From an uncultured Desulfospira sp. (GTDB lineage Bacteria > Desulfobacterota > Desulfobacteria > Desulfobacterales > Desulfobacteraceae): 64,000 nucleotides of DNA. Positions within the stretch are counted from its first letter, which is position 1. Each line of letters starts with the position of its first letter. A program made the translations under genes and the position numbers. Below are positions 37,700 to 48,046 of this stretch, one piece after another. The notes under the pieces are model-generated. The model did no database searches. It worked only from the letters and a program-made list of their open reading frames with translations, and was not told the DNA's origin. The DNA lies in assembly GCA_963663165.1 (NCBI GenBank), contig OY760175.1, positions 5,024,001 to 5,088,000 of the forward strand, given 5' to 3'.

Positions 37700-39370
37700 C
37701 TATTTTGAAAATTTCTTCTGGGTATAATATTGCTGTCCCATTGAAATAATGTTGTTCACAAGCATGTACAGGACCAGGCCGGCCGGGAAGTTGATAAACA
37801 GAACCGTCATCATGACAGGCATGATCATCATCATTTTGGCCTGCATGGGATCCCCTGCAGTCGGGGTCATTTTCTGCTGAAGCAGAAATGAGGCGCCCAT
37901 AATAAGGGTTAAAACCGGAATACCGTATGGTTCCTGCATCATGGGGATGGAAAAATTAAAGTGAAACAGGCGGTCCGGCCCGGACAGGTCATTGATCCAC
38001 CCCACAAAGGGGGCATGCCGCAGTTCAATGGCCTGGTAAAGCATCCGGTACAGGGCAAAGAAAATGGGCATCTGCACCACAAGGGGCAGACAGCCCGATG
38101 CCGGGTTGACTTTATAGGTCTTGTAAAGCCCCATGATCTCCTGGTTCATCCGCTGCTTGTCGTCTTTATATTTTTCCCGGATTTCCATCATCAAAGGCTG
38201 AACCTTTTTCATTTCATTCATGGATTTGTAGCTTTTGGTCCCCAAAGGCCAGAAGATCAGCTTAATGAAAATGGTCAGCAGGATAATGGCAATCCCGTAA
38301 TTGGGAATAAAATCGTGGATGGTATTCATGACAATGAGCAAGGGTTTGGCAATGATGTCAAACCAGCCGAAATTGATGGCCTTTTTGAGCATGTTGTCAT
38401 AATGGCTCAGGACCTTGTAGCTTTTGGGCCCCATAAAAATCACATAGGAATAGGTGGCCTGTTTTTCCGGGTCAATCTTTTCCATTTTCCGGACCAGGTC
38501 ATTGGTCACGATATCCTGGGCAAAGGAAAGTTTTATAGTCCCTTCCACGGCCTGGTCCGGCATGACACAGGTCAGGAAATACCGGTGGGCATAACCGGCC
38601 CAGTCCACGTTACCGGTATAAATATTTTTGTCTTCAATATCATCCGGATCAATGGTTTTAAATTCACTGTTGATATAGGCAATGGGGCCTTCAAAGGCAA
38701 ACCGGGACCGTTTTTTGATTTCCTCGGTAAAATATCCGGGGACATTAAACACCAGGGAATCATCCAGGGGAATGCCAGAACCGTTCTGGATCAGGACATC
38801 ACAATCAATGAGATAGGTGTCCGCCTTAAAGGTAAAGATTTTTTTGACCGTAATATTCTCAGGGCTGGTCCAGGAAAAGGTGACTTGTTTCTCCCCCTGG
38901 TCAAGCCGGGTGGCAGGGGCATCAAGATCCGCCGTAAATACCGCATTCTCAAGGCCGGGGATGCTGTTGTTTTCAAGGCCGACGGTCATGATCCCCCGGA
39001 CAAGCTCTTCGGGGACAAGCTGTTTTAATGGGGAATCCGCATCAATGGTTTCCTTGTAATTTTTCAGCTCAAGACTTTTTACGGAGGCTAAGTATTCAGA
39101 CAGTACAATGTCATACAAAGGGGTTGAAAGGGAAAGGGTCCGAAAGGATTTGTCCGGAACCTGCGCAGCCGGTACAGCAGACGCTTTGGGCGCCTTGTAG
39201 TCTGAAATATTGGAACTGCTCTGCTCGGGGGAGGGCTGCTGCACCTGTTCCTGGTTGTTGTCCTGAGGGGGATTATTGACTTGTTGGGGGGCTACAAAAA
39301 AGAACTGGTAGCCCACAAGGACAATGATGGAAAGCACCACTGCCAGCAATAATCGTTTTTGCTCATCCAT
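37700..39370 (-). CDS. yidC: Membrane protein insertase
   Basis: NYGIAIILLT, GCLPLVVQMPIFFALY, ELRHAPF, PAGLVLY. Confidence 0.98.
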   Translation of the reverse strand: MDEQKRLLLAVVLSIIVLVGYQFFFVAPQQVNNPPQDNNQEQVQQPSPEQSSSNISDYKAPKASAVPAAQVPDKSFRTLSLSTPLYDIVLSEYLASVKSLELKNYKETIDADSPLKQLVPEELVRGIMTVGLENNSIPGLENAVFTADLDAPATRLDQGEKQVTFSWTSPENITVKKIFTFKADTYLIDCDVLIQNGSGIPLDDSLVFNVPGYFTEEIKKRSRFAFEGPIAYINSEFKTIDPDDIEDKNIYTGNVDWAGYAHRYFLTCVMPDQAVEGTIKLSFAQDIVTNDLVRKMEKIDPEKQATYSYVIFMGPKSYKVLSHYDNMLKKAINFGWFDIIAKPLLIVMNTIHDFIPNYGIAIILLTIFIKLIFWPLGTKSYKSMNEMKKVQPLMMEIREKYKDDKQRMNQEIMGLYKTYKVNPASGCLPLVVQMPIFFALYRMLYQAIELRHAPFVGWINDLSGPDRLFHFNFSIPMMQEPYGIPVLTLIMGASFLLQQKMTPTAGDPMQAKMMMIMPVMMTVLFINFPAGLVLYMLVNNIISMGQQYYTQKKFSK

Positions 39371-39467
39371 TTTCTCTCCTAAACGTAATGTTACGGTGTT
39401 AAGAGGGAAGGCAAAAAAAGCGTTATGTTAATTAAAAAAAACGGAAAATAATCAGGGAATCCGGAGA

Positions 39468-39680
39468 CTAGGGCACAGGGTCATAACCGCCCGGATGAAA
39501 CGGGTGACAACGCAGTATTCGCCTTAGTGCAAGAAACCCTCCCCTAAGGCAGCCGTAGCGTTCAACGGCCTCAAACGCATAAGCTGAACAGCTTGGATAA
39601 TACCTGCAGTTCCGGCCGGTCAGCGGTGATATAAAAAATTGATAACATTTAATACATATCAACAGTGGCTTTTTAAACAT
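39468..39680 (-). CDS. yidD: Membrane protein insertion efficiency factor
   Basis: [27 protein letters not shown]. Confidence 0.97.
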   Translation of the reverse strand: MFKKPLLICIKCYQFFISPLTGRNCRYYPSCSAYAFEAVERYGCLRGGFLALRRILRCHPFHPGGYDPVP

Positions 39681-39685
39681 ATTTT

Positions 39686-40042
39686 TTAAAGCGCCTTATC
39701 CCGTGCTATTTTGTTGAAAAGTTTATCAAGCTTTTCAATAATCCGGCTGTTTTCCAGCCCGCTCAGACTTTTTTTAGCAATGATATTGATGTCCAAGATT
39801 CCCGGTAAGAAATCTTTTTTATGTCTGATATATTCCCTGATAATCCGTTTAATTCTATTACGCTCTACTGCGTTCCCAACTTTTTTAGATACGGTAATTC
39901 CAATTCGATGGTTTGTTTTTTCCCCTTTCAGGGCAATGGCGATGAAACTGCCTGTGTGTATCTTTTTTCCTTTTGTTGAAAGCTTTAAAAATTGGCTTCT
40001 TTTTAGCAGCCTCGATGTTTTTGGGTAAGAAAAGTCGCTCAA
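39686..40042 (-). CDS. rnpA: Ribonuclease P protein component
   Basis: [19 protein letters not shown] (RNR motif). Confidence 0.96.
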   Translation of the reverse strand: MSDFSYPKTSRLLKRSQFLKLSTKGKKIHTGSFIAIALKGEKTNHRIGITVSKKVGNAVERNRIKRIIREYIRHKKDFLPGILDINIIAKKSLSGLENSRIIEKLDKLFNKIARDKAL

Positions 40043-40055
40043 TAAGGTTCCTAAA

Positions 40056-40190
40056 TTACAAGGCCAGCCGTTTTCTTCCCTTAGCCCTTCTGGCGTTGAT
40101 CACCCGCTTTCCCCCGGGGGTGGACATGCGTTTAAGAAATCCGTGTTTTCTTGTTCTTTTCCGATTGCTGGGCTGAAATGTACGTTTCAT
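40056..40190 (-). CDS. rpmH: 50S ribosomal protein L34 (not in the ORF track)
   Basis: Translates [44 protein letters not shown]. Confidence 0.98.
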   Translation of the reverse strand: MKRTFQPSNRKRTRKHGFLKRMSTPGGKRVINARRAKGRKRLAL

Positions 40191-40407
40191 AAATCTGCGT
40201 CCTTAAAAGTTTGCTTAATGGTTCCTTTTAGTTTGTGTGAAAGCCTTTTCCTTCCGGCTCCTGGTCGTCACCTTAAAACCGATGGCCAAAAAGTCAAGTC
40301 TGTTATCACCCAATAATAAACACAAAAAATTAATATTAATCCGTCAAAAAGTCAATCTTTAATTTGGCCGCTTGCGGGGCCCTTGTCTGTCACCTGGCCG
40401 CAGTTTG

Positions 40408-40525
40408 GTAGGGTGGGCAAAAGCGCAGCGTTGCCCACCTGTGACCATATAACATCTTGTTTTTTTAACGATAAATCAAATGGCATTGCGGCAACCGGTG
40501 GGCACAAAAAGTGTGCCCACCCTAC
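40408..40525. repeat. GTAG-family REP doublet (REPIN)
   Basis: GTAGggtgggcaa...ttgcccacc and inverted ggtgggcaca...tgtgcccaccCTAC. Confidence 0.75.
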
Positions 40526-40643
40526 CGAATTTTTCCGATTTCGATTTGGATTTCGATTTTGAGCGGTGCCCCTGTTTGAACCGGCACTCGGTAAATTCAA
40601 TTATATTATCCTTGCCTCCTCAAACGCAATCATCCTAAACCGC

Positions 40644-42176
40644 TTATTTCACCAGAGACTCGAAGATGTGGTACTCCTCAATATGATAATGGGGCTCCGG
40701 ATAGATGGCAATGGGCTTGGAAAACATGGTTTCCAGAGAAGAGATCAAGTGCTTTTCCCGGCCGTGGAGAAGCTGGGCAATCTCCGGATGGACTTTTACC
40801 GTAAACCGGTTTCCCATCATGTCCGAGGCCTCGGAGGTCAGATCCCGGTATATTTTATGGCAGATGGATTTTCTGGATAAAAGATGGCCGTTGCCGTTAC
40901 AGTAAAAGCAGGGTTCACACAGGGTCCGTGTCAGGTTTCTCCGGGTCCTTTTGCGGGTCATCTGGACCAGCCCGAGTTCGGTTAACGGGAGGATGTTGGT
41001 CTGGCTTTTGTCCTTTTTCACGGCTTCGTTGAGCCGGGACATGACCTTTTCCTTGTGGGACTCCTTTTTCATGTCAATAAAATCAATGATAATAATGCCC
41101 CCGATGTTCCTGAGCCTTATCTGGTAGGCAATCTCCTTTACCGCCTCAAGGTTGGTTTTAAGGATGGTTTCATCAAAGTTGTGCTTGCCCACGTACCGCC
41201 CTGTATTCACATCTATCGCCACTAAAGCTTCGGTCTGTTCAATGACAATATACCCGCCGGATCTGAGCCAGACCTTTTTTTTCAGGGCACGGGCCACGTC
41301 CGCCTCAATGTTGTAGGCATCAAAAATGGATTCCCGGCCTTTATAAAGTTCCACTTTGAGCTTTACATCGGGCATGAATTTGGCCAGAAATTTTTTAACA
41401 TTTTCATACTCGGTTTCAGAATCTATGATCAGCTTGTCGGCCTCGTTGGCCAGAAGGTCTCTGACAGCCCTGAAGGTGACGGTGAGGTCCTTATATATCA
41501 GGCAGGTGGCGGACCGTTTTTCAGACCGGTACAGAATGTCTTCCCAGGTGTTGCTTAAAAAATCAATTTCCTTTTTAATGGCGGCTTCATCAACCCCTTC
41601 TGCCTGGGTTCTGAAAATATAGCCAAAATCGTTTTTTCGAAGCCCTGAGAGCATTTCTTTGAGCCTTGTGCGCTCTGCCTCATGTTCAATCCGTTTGGAA
41701 ATCCCGATATGGTTTACCGTGGGCATGAGAACCATGTACCGGCCGGCCAGGGAAATATGGGTGGTGACCCTGGGCCCTTTGGAGCCGATGGAGGATTTGG
41801 CCACCTGGACCATGATCTCCTGGCCTTCGGTGAGCAGGTCTTCAATACAGGGGCCGGAATTTTCAGAAGGTTTTTCCATTTCCTCGACATCTTCCTCGCC
41901 GTCCTCCTCGGGGTCCTGTTCAAACTTCTGGAACATTTTGTGGCTGGCTGTATCCAGAACATCATCGACGTATATGAATGCGGCCTGGTCAAACCCGATA
42001 TCCACAAAAGCGGCCTGCATTCCGGGAAGGACCCGCTGGACTCGTCCCTTGTAAATATTTCCAGCAATACTGGTTTCATCCTCCCGTTCAATGAAAACCT
42101 CAACGATGGTGCCGTTTTCAATCAGCGCCACCCGGGTTTCATGGGGAGCTGTATTTACAACTAACTCTTTGAGCAT
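40644..42176 (-). CDS. rng: Ribonuclease G (Rne/Rng family)
   Basis: GNIYKGRVQRVLPGMQAAFVDIG, IDVNTG, GGIIIIDFIDM, CFYCNGNG; ATG at 42176 preferred over the track start. Confidence 0.93.
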   Translation of the reverse strand: MLKELVVNTAPHETRVALIENGTIVEVFIEREDETSIAGNIYKGRVQRVLPGMQAAFVDIGFDQAAFIYVDDVLDTASHKMFQKFEQDPEEDGEEDVEEMEKPSENSGPCIEDLLTEGQEIMVQVAKSSIGSKGPRVTTHISLAGRYMVLMPTVNHIGISKRIEHEAERTRLKEMLSGLRKNDFGYIFRTQAEGVDEAAIKKEIDFLSNTWEDILYRSEKRSATCLIYKDLTVTFRAVRDLLANEADKLIIDSETEYENVKKFLAKFMPDVKLKVELYKGRESIFDAYNIEADVARALKKKVWLRSGGYIVIEQTEALVAIDVNTGRYVGKHNFDETILKTNLEAVKEIAYQIRLRNIGGIIIIDFIDMKKESHKEKVMSRLNEAVKKDKSQTNILPLTELGLVQMTRKRTRRNLTRTLCEPCFYCNGNGHLLSRKSICHKIYRDLTSEASDMMGNRFTVKVHPEIAQLLHGREKHLISSLETMFSKPIAIYPEPHYHIEEYHIFESLVK

Positions 42177-42180
42177 GGCA

Positions 42181-44718
42181 TTATCCTGTCGCGTGAATGG
42201 CCGCCGGCAACAGCTTTTTGATACGGGCCGGCAAGACCATGGTTTCATTGAGGCCGATCCCCTCCAGCAGGATCCGGGCCGGCCGGAGGGTTCTTTGCCC
42301 AATTGTGAGTAATTTCATGACAGCGGTGTTTTCATCTGTCAGAAAGATAGAGGCCGTAAACTTTCTAATGTCTGTTCGCCTGATCTTACCTTTTTTGGTG
42401 AGATCTTCAACTATAAACTGATCTAATGCCAAGAAACGGTCAATCATGGGCTGGGTCAGGCAGGCACTTGAAAATTTGACTTCATAGGCCGTGGCTTCAT
42501 TTGAAACGGTTTCTGATTTTGAGGCATGCCGGCAGCCCATAACGGCAAGTCCTTCAGGAAGGGTCTGGTTTAACTGCTGTTGTATTTCCTTTGGCTTAAG
42601 CCCTTTTTCAAGAAAAACAGTCATTTTTTCCTGTTCGCTTTCCATGCCTAAGGGCAAAGCTGTTTCAAAAGCCATGCGCATGGACGGGTTAAACCCTTTG
42701 GAATACTTAACTTTAAATCCGGTCCGCTTCAAGGCCCGCTGGAAGATGGTGGCCAGTTCCAGGTGGCCGAAGAACCGGGCGTTTTCCAGTTTGGAGAACA
42801 ACACCTCATACTTTATGAAATCATTGTCTGTTAAATCCGGTTCCCTAGGGCCAGTCTCCGGGACAGGGGGGGGGGAGCCATCCTTGTCAACGGCCTTATG
42901 AAGCACCGGCCGGATCTGTTTAAAGTCACAGACCCCGCACCCGGTACACCCGCCTTCCCGGCAGTCCGGGGTCAGGGCCATGTCCACAGCCTTTTGGAAT
43001 TCGGTTTCAAAAAACTGGGGGTCAACCCCGGAATCAATATGGTCCCAAGGCTTAGGCTCGGTCAGGCTCCGGTTCCGGGTCGTGTAAAAATCTGGGTCAA
43101 TGCCGGTTTCTTCAAAGGCCTCCTGCCAGAGGTTAAAATTGAACTGGTCGCTCCAGCCGTCCAGGCGGCAGCCTTTCTCAAAAGCGGCAACCAGAAGCTT
43201 TGACAGACGGCGGTCCCCCCTGGCAAAAACCCCTTCTAAAAGACTCATTTTAGGATCCTGCCACTTGAGGTTGACCTTTGGGTGGCGAAGGTTGGCCTTC
43301 AGGTAGGAAAGTTTTTCAAGCCCTTGTTCAAGACTGATTTGGGCATGGCGCTGAAACGGGGTGTGGGCCTTGGGGATAAAGGAGGCCACGCTGACATTGA
43401 TCATTTTCTTGCCCTTGGCATGGGCCGATGAAAGGCGTTTGGCAAGGCTGCAGATGCCTTCAATATCTGCCATCTCTTCAAAGGGAAGCCCCATCATAAA
43501 ATAGAGCTTGATGTTCTTCCATCCCAGGGCAAAGGCGTTCTCCACCGCAGCCGTGATACTCTCTTCAGTTAAGTTTTTATTGATGATATCCCTTAACCGC
43601 TGGGTCCCGGCTTCCGGGGCAATGGTAAATCCGGTTTTTCTGACACGCCTGATGATATCCATCAGTTCCGGGGTCAGCCGTTCCGCCCGGATGGAGGGAA
43701 GGGAAACCGCATTGCACTCTCCCTGGCTCATGGCAAAGAGCTGCTGGATCAGACGGGTTAAATTTGAGTAGTCTCCAGTGCTCAGGGACAAAAGAGAGAT
43801 GTCCGAATACCCCGTGGATTTAAGGGAGGCCCGGGTAATGGAAAGGATATCGTCCAGGGACCGTTCCCGGACCGGCCGGTAAATCATGCCGGCCTGGCAG
43901 AACCGGCACCCCCGGGAACATCCCCGGGCAATCTCAAGCCTGAGCCGGTCATGGACGGGTTTGCCAAAGGGAACAATGGGGTCCAAGGGGAAATCTTCAA
44001 CGGTGAGATCCGGTAAAAAGGCCCGCCGGACAGTGGTATAATCTTCATACAACGGCGTTAGGGTCTGGATGCCGTTTTCATCTGTGCCGGGGTCAAAAAA
44101 ACAAGGGACATAGACCCCGGAAAGCTTTGACAGCAGCCGCAGCAATTCTTTCTTAGAACCGCCGCCGCTGTTTTTGAAGGCCGTCACCGTGTCGGCAATC
44201 TCAAGAACAGCCCTTTCCCCGTCGCCAATAACAAACAGGTCAAAAAAGTCTGCTAAGGGTTCGGGGTTAAAGGCACAGGGGCCTCCCCCGATGACCAATG
44301 GAAAATCTTCCGGCCGGTCCGCCGCAAAAAACGGGATGCCGGACAGGGAAAACATGGAAAGGATATTGGTAAAGTTCAGTTCATACAACAGACTGACCCC
44401 GATCAGATCAAAGTCTGCCAATGGCCTTCGTGACTCCATGGACAGGCAGGGGATCTGCCGTTCCCTCATAAGGGCTTCCATGTCCGGGGCGGGTGTAAAG
44501 AACCGTTCGGCGGCAATGTTCTCCCGATGGTTTAATATGGAATAAAGGATCTGAAGCCCGAAATGGGAGGTTCCGATTTCGTAAAGATCCGGAAAAACCA
44601 GGGCAAATGTCAGGTCGATTCGGCCCGGCTCTTTTCTGACAGCGTTCACCTCATTTCCGGCATACCGCGTCGGGGTCTGCACCAGAGAAAGGATTTCTTG
44701 ATAATTTTGTTCGTACAT
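42181..44718 (-). CDS. TIGR03960-type radical SAM protein fused to a TIGR03936/DUF2344 domain
   Basis: FPDLYEIG, GCSRGCRFC, APEAGTQRLR, C-terminal FFGHLEL...YSKGFNP; usual neighbour of rng. Confidence 0.88.
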   Translation of the reverse strand: MYEQNYQEILSLVQTPTRYAGNEVNAVRKEPGRIDLTFALVFPDLYEIGTSHFGLQILYSILNHRENIAAERFFTPAPDMEALMRERQIPCLSMESRRPLADFDLIGVSLLYELNFTNILSMFSLSGIPFFAADRPEDFPLVIGGGPCAFNPEPLADFFDLFVIGDGERAVLEIADTVTAFKNSGGGSKKELLRLLSKLSGVYVPCFFDPGTDENGIQTLTPLYEDYTTVRRAFLPDLTVEDFPLDPIVPFGKPVHDRLRLEIARGCSRGCRFCQAGMIYRPVRERSLDDILSITRASLKSTGYSDISLLSLSTGDYSNLTRLIQQLFAMSQGECNAVSLPSIRAERLTPELMDIIRRVRKTGFTIAPEAGTQRLRDIINKNLTEESITAAVENAFALGWKNIKLYFMMGLPFEEMADIEGICSLAKRLSSAHAKGKKMINVSVASFIPKAHTPFQRHAQISLEQGLEKLSYLKANLRHPKVNLKWQDPKMSLLEGVFARGDRRLSKLLVAAFEKGCRLDGWSDQFNFNLWQEAFEETGIDPDFYTTRNRSLTEPKPWDHIDSGVDPQFFETEFQKAVDMALTPDCREGGCTGCGVCDFKQIRPVLHKAVDKDGSPPPVPETGPREPDLTDNDFIKYEVLFSKLENARFFGHLELATIFQRALKRTGFKVKYSKGFNPSMRMAFETALPLGMESEQEKMTVFLEKGLKPKEIQQQLNQTLPEGLAVMGCRHASKSETVSNEATAYEVKFSSACLTQPMIDRFLALDQFIVEDLTKKGKIRRTDIRKFTASIFLTDENTAVMKLLTIGQRTLRPARILLEGIGLNETMVLPARIKKLLPAAIHATG

Positions 44719-44803
44719 GGTACTTAAAATCTTACGGTCTCCTGATAGATACTGTGTAATAAAATCAAAACGCTGAGTATATTGTTTTTTTTGGAATCAG
44801 GCA

Positions 44804-46183
44804 ATGGGAAGAACGAAAATCAATGCCCTGGAGAAACTTGACCAAACACCGGGCAGGGTCCTTATCAAAGGATGGGTAAGGACCAAACGCGACTCAAGAC
44901 AATTCTCGTTCATGGAAATCAACGATGGGTCATCGTTGAAAAACATGCAGGTTATTGCGGCACAGGACCTGGAAAACTACGAGCAGATTCAAAAAATCAC
45001 CACCGGCACCTCCCTGAGTGTGGAAGGGGAGATGGTGGCCTCCCCGGGAAAGGGCCAGAAATGGGAAATCCAGGCCCGGCAGGTGGAGATCATCAGTATT
45101 GCCCCGGAAACATACCCCCTCCAGAAAAAAAGACACTCCGACGAATTTTTAAGAACCATTGCCCACCTGAGGCCCCGGACCAACAAATACGGCGCGGCGT
45201 TCAGGATACGGTCCGAAATGTGCCATGCCATTCATCAGTTTTACCGGGACAAAGGCTTCGTGTATCTGACCTCCCCGGTGATCACCGGATCGGACTGTGA
45301 AGGGGCCGGAGAGATGTTCCGGGTCACCAGCCTGGACCCGGCCGAAGTTGAAAAACAGGGGAAAATGGACTTCTCAAAAGATTTTTTCGGCCAGGAGTCC
45401 AACCTGACTGTATCCGGCCAGCTGTCCGCCGAAATGTTTGCCCTGTCTTTGGGAGACGTGTACACCTTTGGCCCCACCTTCAGGGCTGAAAATTCCCATA
45501 CCAGCCGGCATGCCGCGGAATTCTGGATGCTGGAGCCGGAAATGGCCTTTTGTGATTTACAGGGAAACATGGACCATGCCGAAGAACTGGTCAAAGCCCT
45601 GGTCAACCACGCGTTAACCCATTGTGAACAGGATCTGTCACTGTTTAGCAGCTTTGTAGACAAATCCCTTCCTGAACGGATGGATATCCTTGCCCACAAG
45701 GAATTTCAACGGCTGACCTATACGGAGGCCATTGAGATTCTGGAAAAATCAAAGAAAAAATTTGAGTTCAAGGTATGTTACGGGATAGATCTTCAATCGG
45801 AACATGAACGGTTTCTGGCGGAAGAATATTTTAAGAAACCCGTGTTCCTCATTGATTATCCCAAAGACATCAAGCCATTTTATATGCGATTGAACGATGA
45901 TCATCAAACCGTTGCTGCCATGGACCTGCTGGTCCCCGGGATCGGGGAGCTCATTGGAGGCTCTGCCAGGGAAGAGCGGCTTGACGTGCTGGAAGCCAGG
46001 ATGGACGAGATGAACTTGCCCAAAGACCCCTACTGGTGGTATCTGGATTCCAGGCGGTACGGCACTGTGCCCCACGCAGGGTTTGGAATGGGCTTTGAAC
46101 GGTTCCTGATGCTGATCACCGGGATCGGCAATATCAGGGACGTGATTCCCTTTCCCAGGACCCCGGGCAGCATAGATTTTTAA
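44804..46183 (+). CDS. asnS: Asparagine--tRNA ligase
   Basis: HLRPRT, LTVSGQL, FRAENS, RHAAEFWM, GFGMGFER, PFPRTPG. Confidence 0.97.
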   Translation: MGRTKINALEKLDQTPGRVLIKGWVRTKRDSRQFSFMEINDGSSLKNMQVIAAQDLENYEQIQKITTGTSLSVEGEMVASPGKGQKWEIQARQVEIISIAPETYPLQKKRHSDEFLRTIAHLRPRTNKYGAAFRIRSEMCHAIHQFYRDKGFVYLTSPVITGSDCEGAGEMFRVTSLDPAEVEKQGKMDFSKDFFGQESNLTVSGQLSAEMFALSLGDVYTFGPTFRAENSHTSRHAAEFWMLEPEMAFCDLQGNMDHAEELVKALVNHALTHCEQDLSLFSSFVDKSLPERMDILAHKEFQRLTYTEAIEILEKSKKKFEFKVCYGIDLQSEHERFLAEEYFKKPVFLIDYPKDIKPFYMRLNDDHQTVAAMDLLVPGIGELIGGSAREERLDVLEARMDEMNLPKDPYWWYLDSRRYGTVPHAGFGMGFERFLMLITGIGNIRDVIPFPRTPGSIDF

Positions 46184-46195
46184 AAGGAGGGACCC

Positions 46196-46399
46196 ATGCC
46201 CACACTGGAAGAAAGACAAAGTGAAAGCCATGAAGATTTAACCCTAAGACTTGAAGCCAGGACCCGGGAGCTTGGCATTACCTACAGTTTTGCCCACTAC
46301 CTGGAGCAAATGGAAAACTACCTTTTGGAGTTGGAGAAGAGGGTGTCGACCCTTGAAGCTGAAAATGAACAGTTAAAGATCAGGCAGGAAAGCGCCTGA
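46196..46399 (+). CDS. Small coiled-coil hypothetical protein
   Basis: AAGGAGG RBS; 67-aa ORF fills the gap between asnS and hisHF. Confidence 0.7.
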   Translation: MPTLEERQSESHEDLTLRLEARTRELGITYSFAHYLEQMENYLLELEKRVSTLEAENEQLKIRQESA

Positions 46400-46424
46400 C
46401 CGGCAGGAGAAAGAGTTACCATTC

Positions 46425-48005
46425 ATGATTACTTTGCTTGACTACGGGGCCGGCAATGTCCGGAGCGTAATGAATGCCGTTAAAAAACTGGGGGCTGAAC
46501 TGAAAACCGTTCAGGCCCCAGAGGATATCCTTAGTGCTGAAAAACTGATTTTTCCGGGTGTGGGAAATTATGAAAGCATGATCCGGATCCTTCACCGGAA
46601 ACATTATATTGAGCCTTTGCGTGAGTACCTTAAAGCAGACCGGCCGTTTTTAGGGATCTGCCTTGGCATGCACGCCCTTTTCGAGGGCAGTGAAGAGGAC
46701 GCCTCAGGCCTTGAAAGCATTGGTTTTTTTAAGGGCAGGGTCAAGCGATTTAAGACCGGGCTTTCCGTTCCCCACATCGGATGGAACGGGGTGAACATCA
46801 AGCAGGATTCCCCGTTCCTTTCCGGGGTGGATTCAGACACCAAATACTATTTTGTCCACTCATACCACATCGTTCCTGAGGATGATGCTGTTATCCTGAC
46901 CCGGACCACCTATGATTATGAGTTTGCCAGTGCCGTGCAGCAGGGCAATGTCATCGGCACCCAGTTTCATCCGGAAAAAAGCGGGGAAGCCGGCAGCCGT
47001 CTTTTGCAAAATTTTATCACCAGCCGGGATTTGAAGTCTAAAGGCCCGGTTGACCGGCCCGGCAAGGGGCTGTCCAAGAGAATCATCGCCTGCCTGGATG
47101 TCCGGTCCAACGACAACGGGGACCTGGTGGTCACCAAGGGGGACCAGTACGATGTCCGGGAAAAAGGCGACGTCCGGAACCTGGGAAAACCTGTTGAACT
47201 GGCCGGCCGGTACTATCAGGAAGGGGCCGATGAAATTACCTTTTTGAACATCACCGGGTTCAGGGATTTCCCTTTAAAGGACATGCCCATGATCCGGGTT
47301 CTGGAAAAAACCAGCGAACAGGTGTTTGTCCCCTTAACCATTGGCGGCGGCATCCGGGATTATACGGACAGCCAGGGCAAAACCTATACCGCCCTTGATG
47401 TGGCGGCCCGGTATTTTCGTTCCGGGGCCGATAAGGTGTCCATTGGCAGTGATGCGGTGCACATTGCCATGGACTACGTCAAAACCGGCAAAAAAACCGG
47501 CAAAAGCGCCATTGAAACCATTTCTGCCGTATACGGCAATCAGGCCGTGGTGATCTCCGTGGACCCCAAACGGGTCTGGGTGAAATCCCCGGAAGATGCC
47601 CCGGGTAAGCATGTGATCCCCACCAAGTTCCCCGGGCCTGCCAATGAGGCCTATTGCTGGTATCAGTGTACGGTCCAGGGCGGCCGGAAGGCCATGGACC
47701 TGGATGCGGTCTCCCTGGCCAGGGCCTGTGAGGAACTGGGCGCCGGAGAGATCCTGCTCAACTGCATTGACAAGGACGGCACCAATTCAGGCTTTGACAT
47801 TGAGCTGATCAATGCGGTGCGCAACAACGTCACCATTCCGGTGATCGCGTCATCCGGGGCCGGGTGCGAAGACCATTTTACCCAGGTGTTTAAGGAAACC
47901 CGGGCGGAAGCCGCCCTGGCAGCGGGAATTTTCCACCGGAAAGAGGTCCCCATCCACGCGGTGAAACAGACCCTTTCAGAACAGGGGGTAGAGGTCCGGT
48001 TTTAA
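46425..48005 (+). CDS. hisHF: Bifunctional imidazole glycerol phosphate synthase (HisH-HisF fusion)
   Basis: DYGAGN, GICLG, QFHPEKSG, then RIIACLDVRSND, GGGIR, DKDGT, IASSGAG in one ORF. Confidence 0.95.
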   Translation: MITLLDYGAGNVRSVMNAVKKLGAELKTVQAPEDILSAEKLIFPGVGNYESMIRILHRKHYIEPLREYLKADRPFLGICLGMHALFEGSEEDASGLESIGFFKGRVKRFKTGLSVPHIGWNGVNIKQDSPFLSGVDSDTKYYFVHSYHIVPEDDAVILTRTTYDYEFASAVQQGNVIGTQFHPEKSGEAGSRLLQNFITSRDLKSKGPVDRPGKGLSKRIIACLDVRSNDNGDLVVTKGDQYDVREKGDVRNLGKPVELAGRYYQEGADEITFLNITGFRDFPLKDMPMIRVLEKTSEQVFVPLTIGGGIRDYTDSQGKTYTALDVAARYFRSGADKVSIGSDAVHIAMDYVKTGKKTGKSAIETISAVYGNQAVVISVDPKRVWVKSPEDAPGKHVIPTKFPGPANEAYCWYQCTVQGGRKAMDLDAVSLARACEELGAGEILLNCIDKDGTNSGFDIELINAVRNNVTIPVIASSGAGCEDHFTQVFKETRAEAALAAGIFHRKEVPIHAVKQTLSEQGVEVRF

Positions 48006-48046
48006 TTTTTGGCATCCCCAATATCCGGTGGTTTATCCTTTTCAGG

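Noticed and set aside
37961..39028. 355-aa plus-strand ORF (and similar ORFs at 28875, 48815, 57375, 60955)
   Set aside because: Antisense shadows of well-supported genes, with no motifs.
40190..40640. oriC next to rpmH
   Set aside because: No DnaA-box cluster or dnaA gene seen.
42177..42302. N-terminal extension of Rng in the ORF track
   Set aside because: Overlaps the radical SAM gene; the conserved sequence begins at MLKELVVN.
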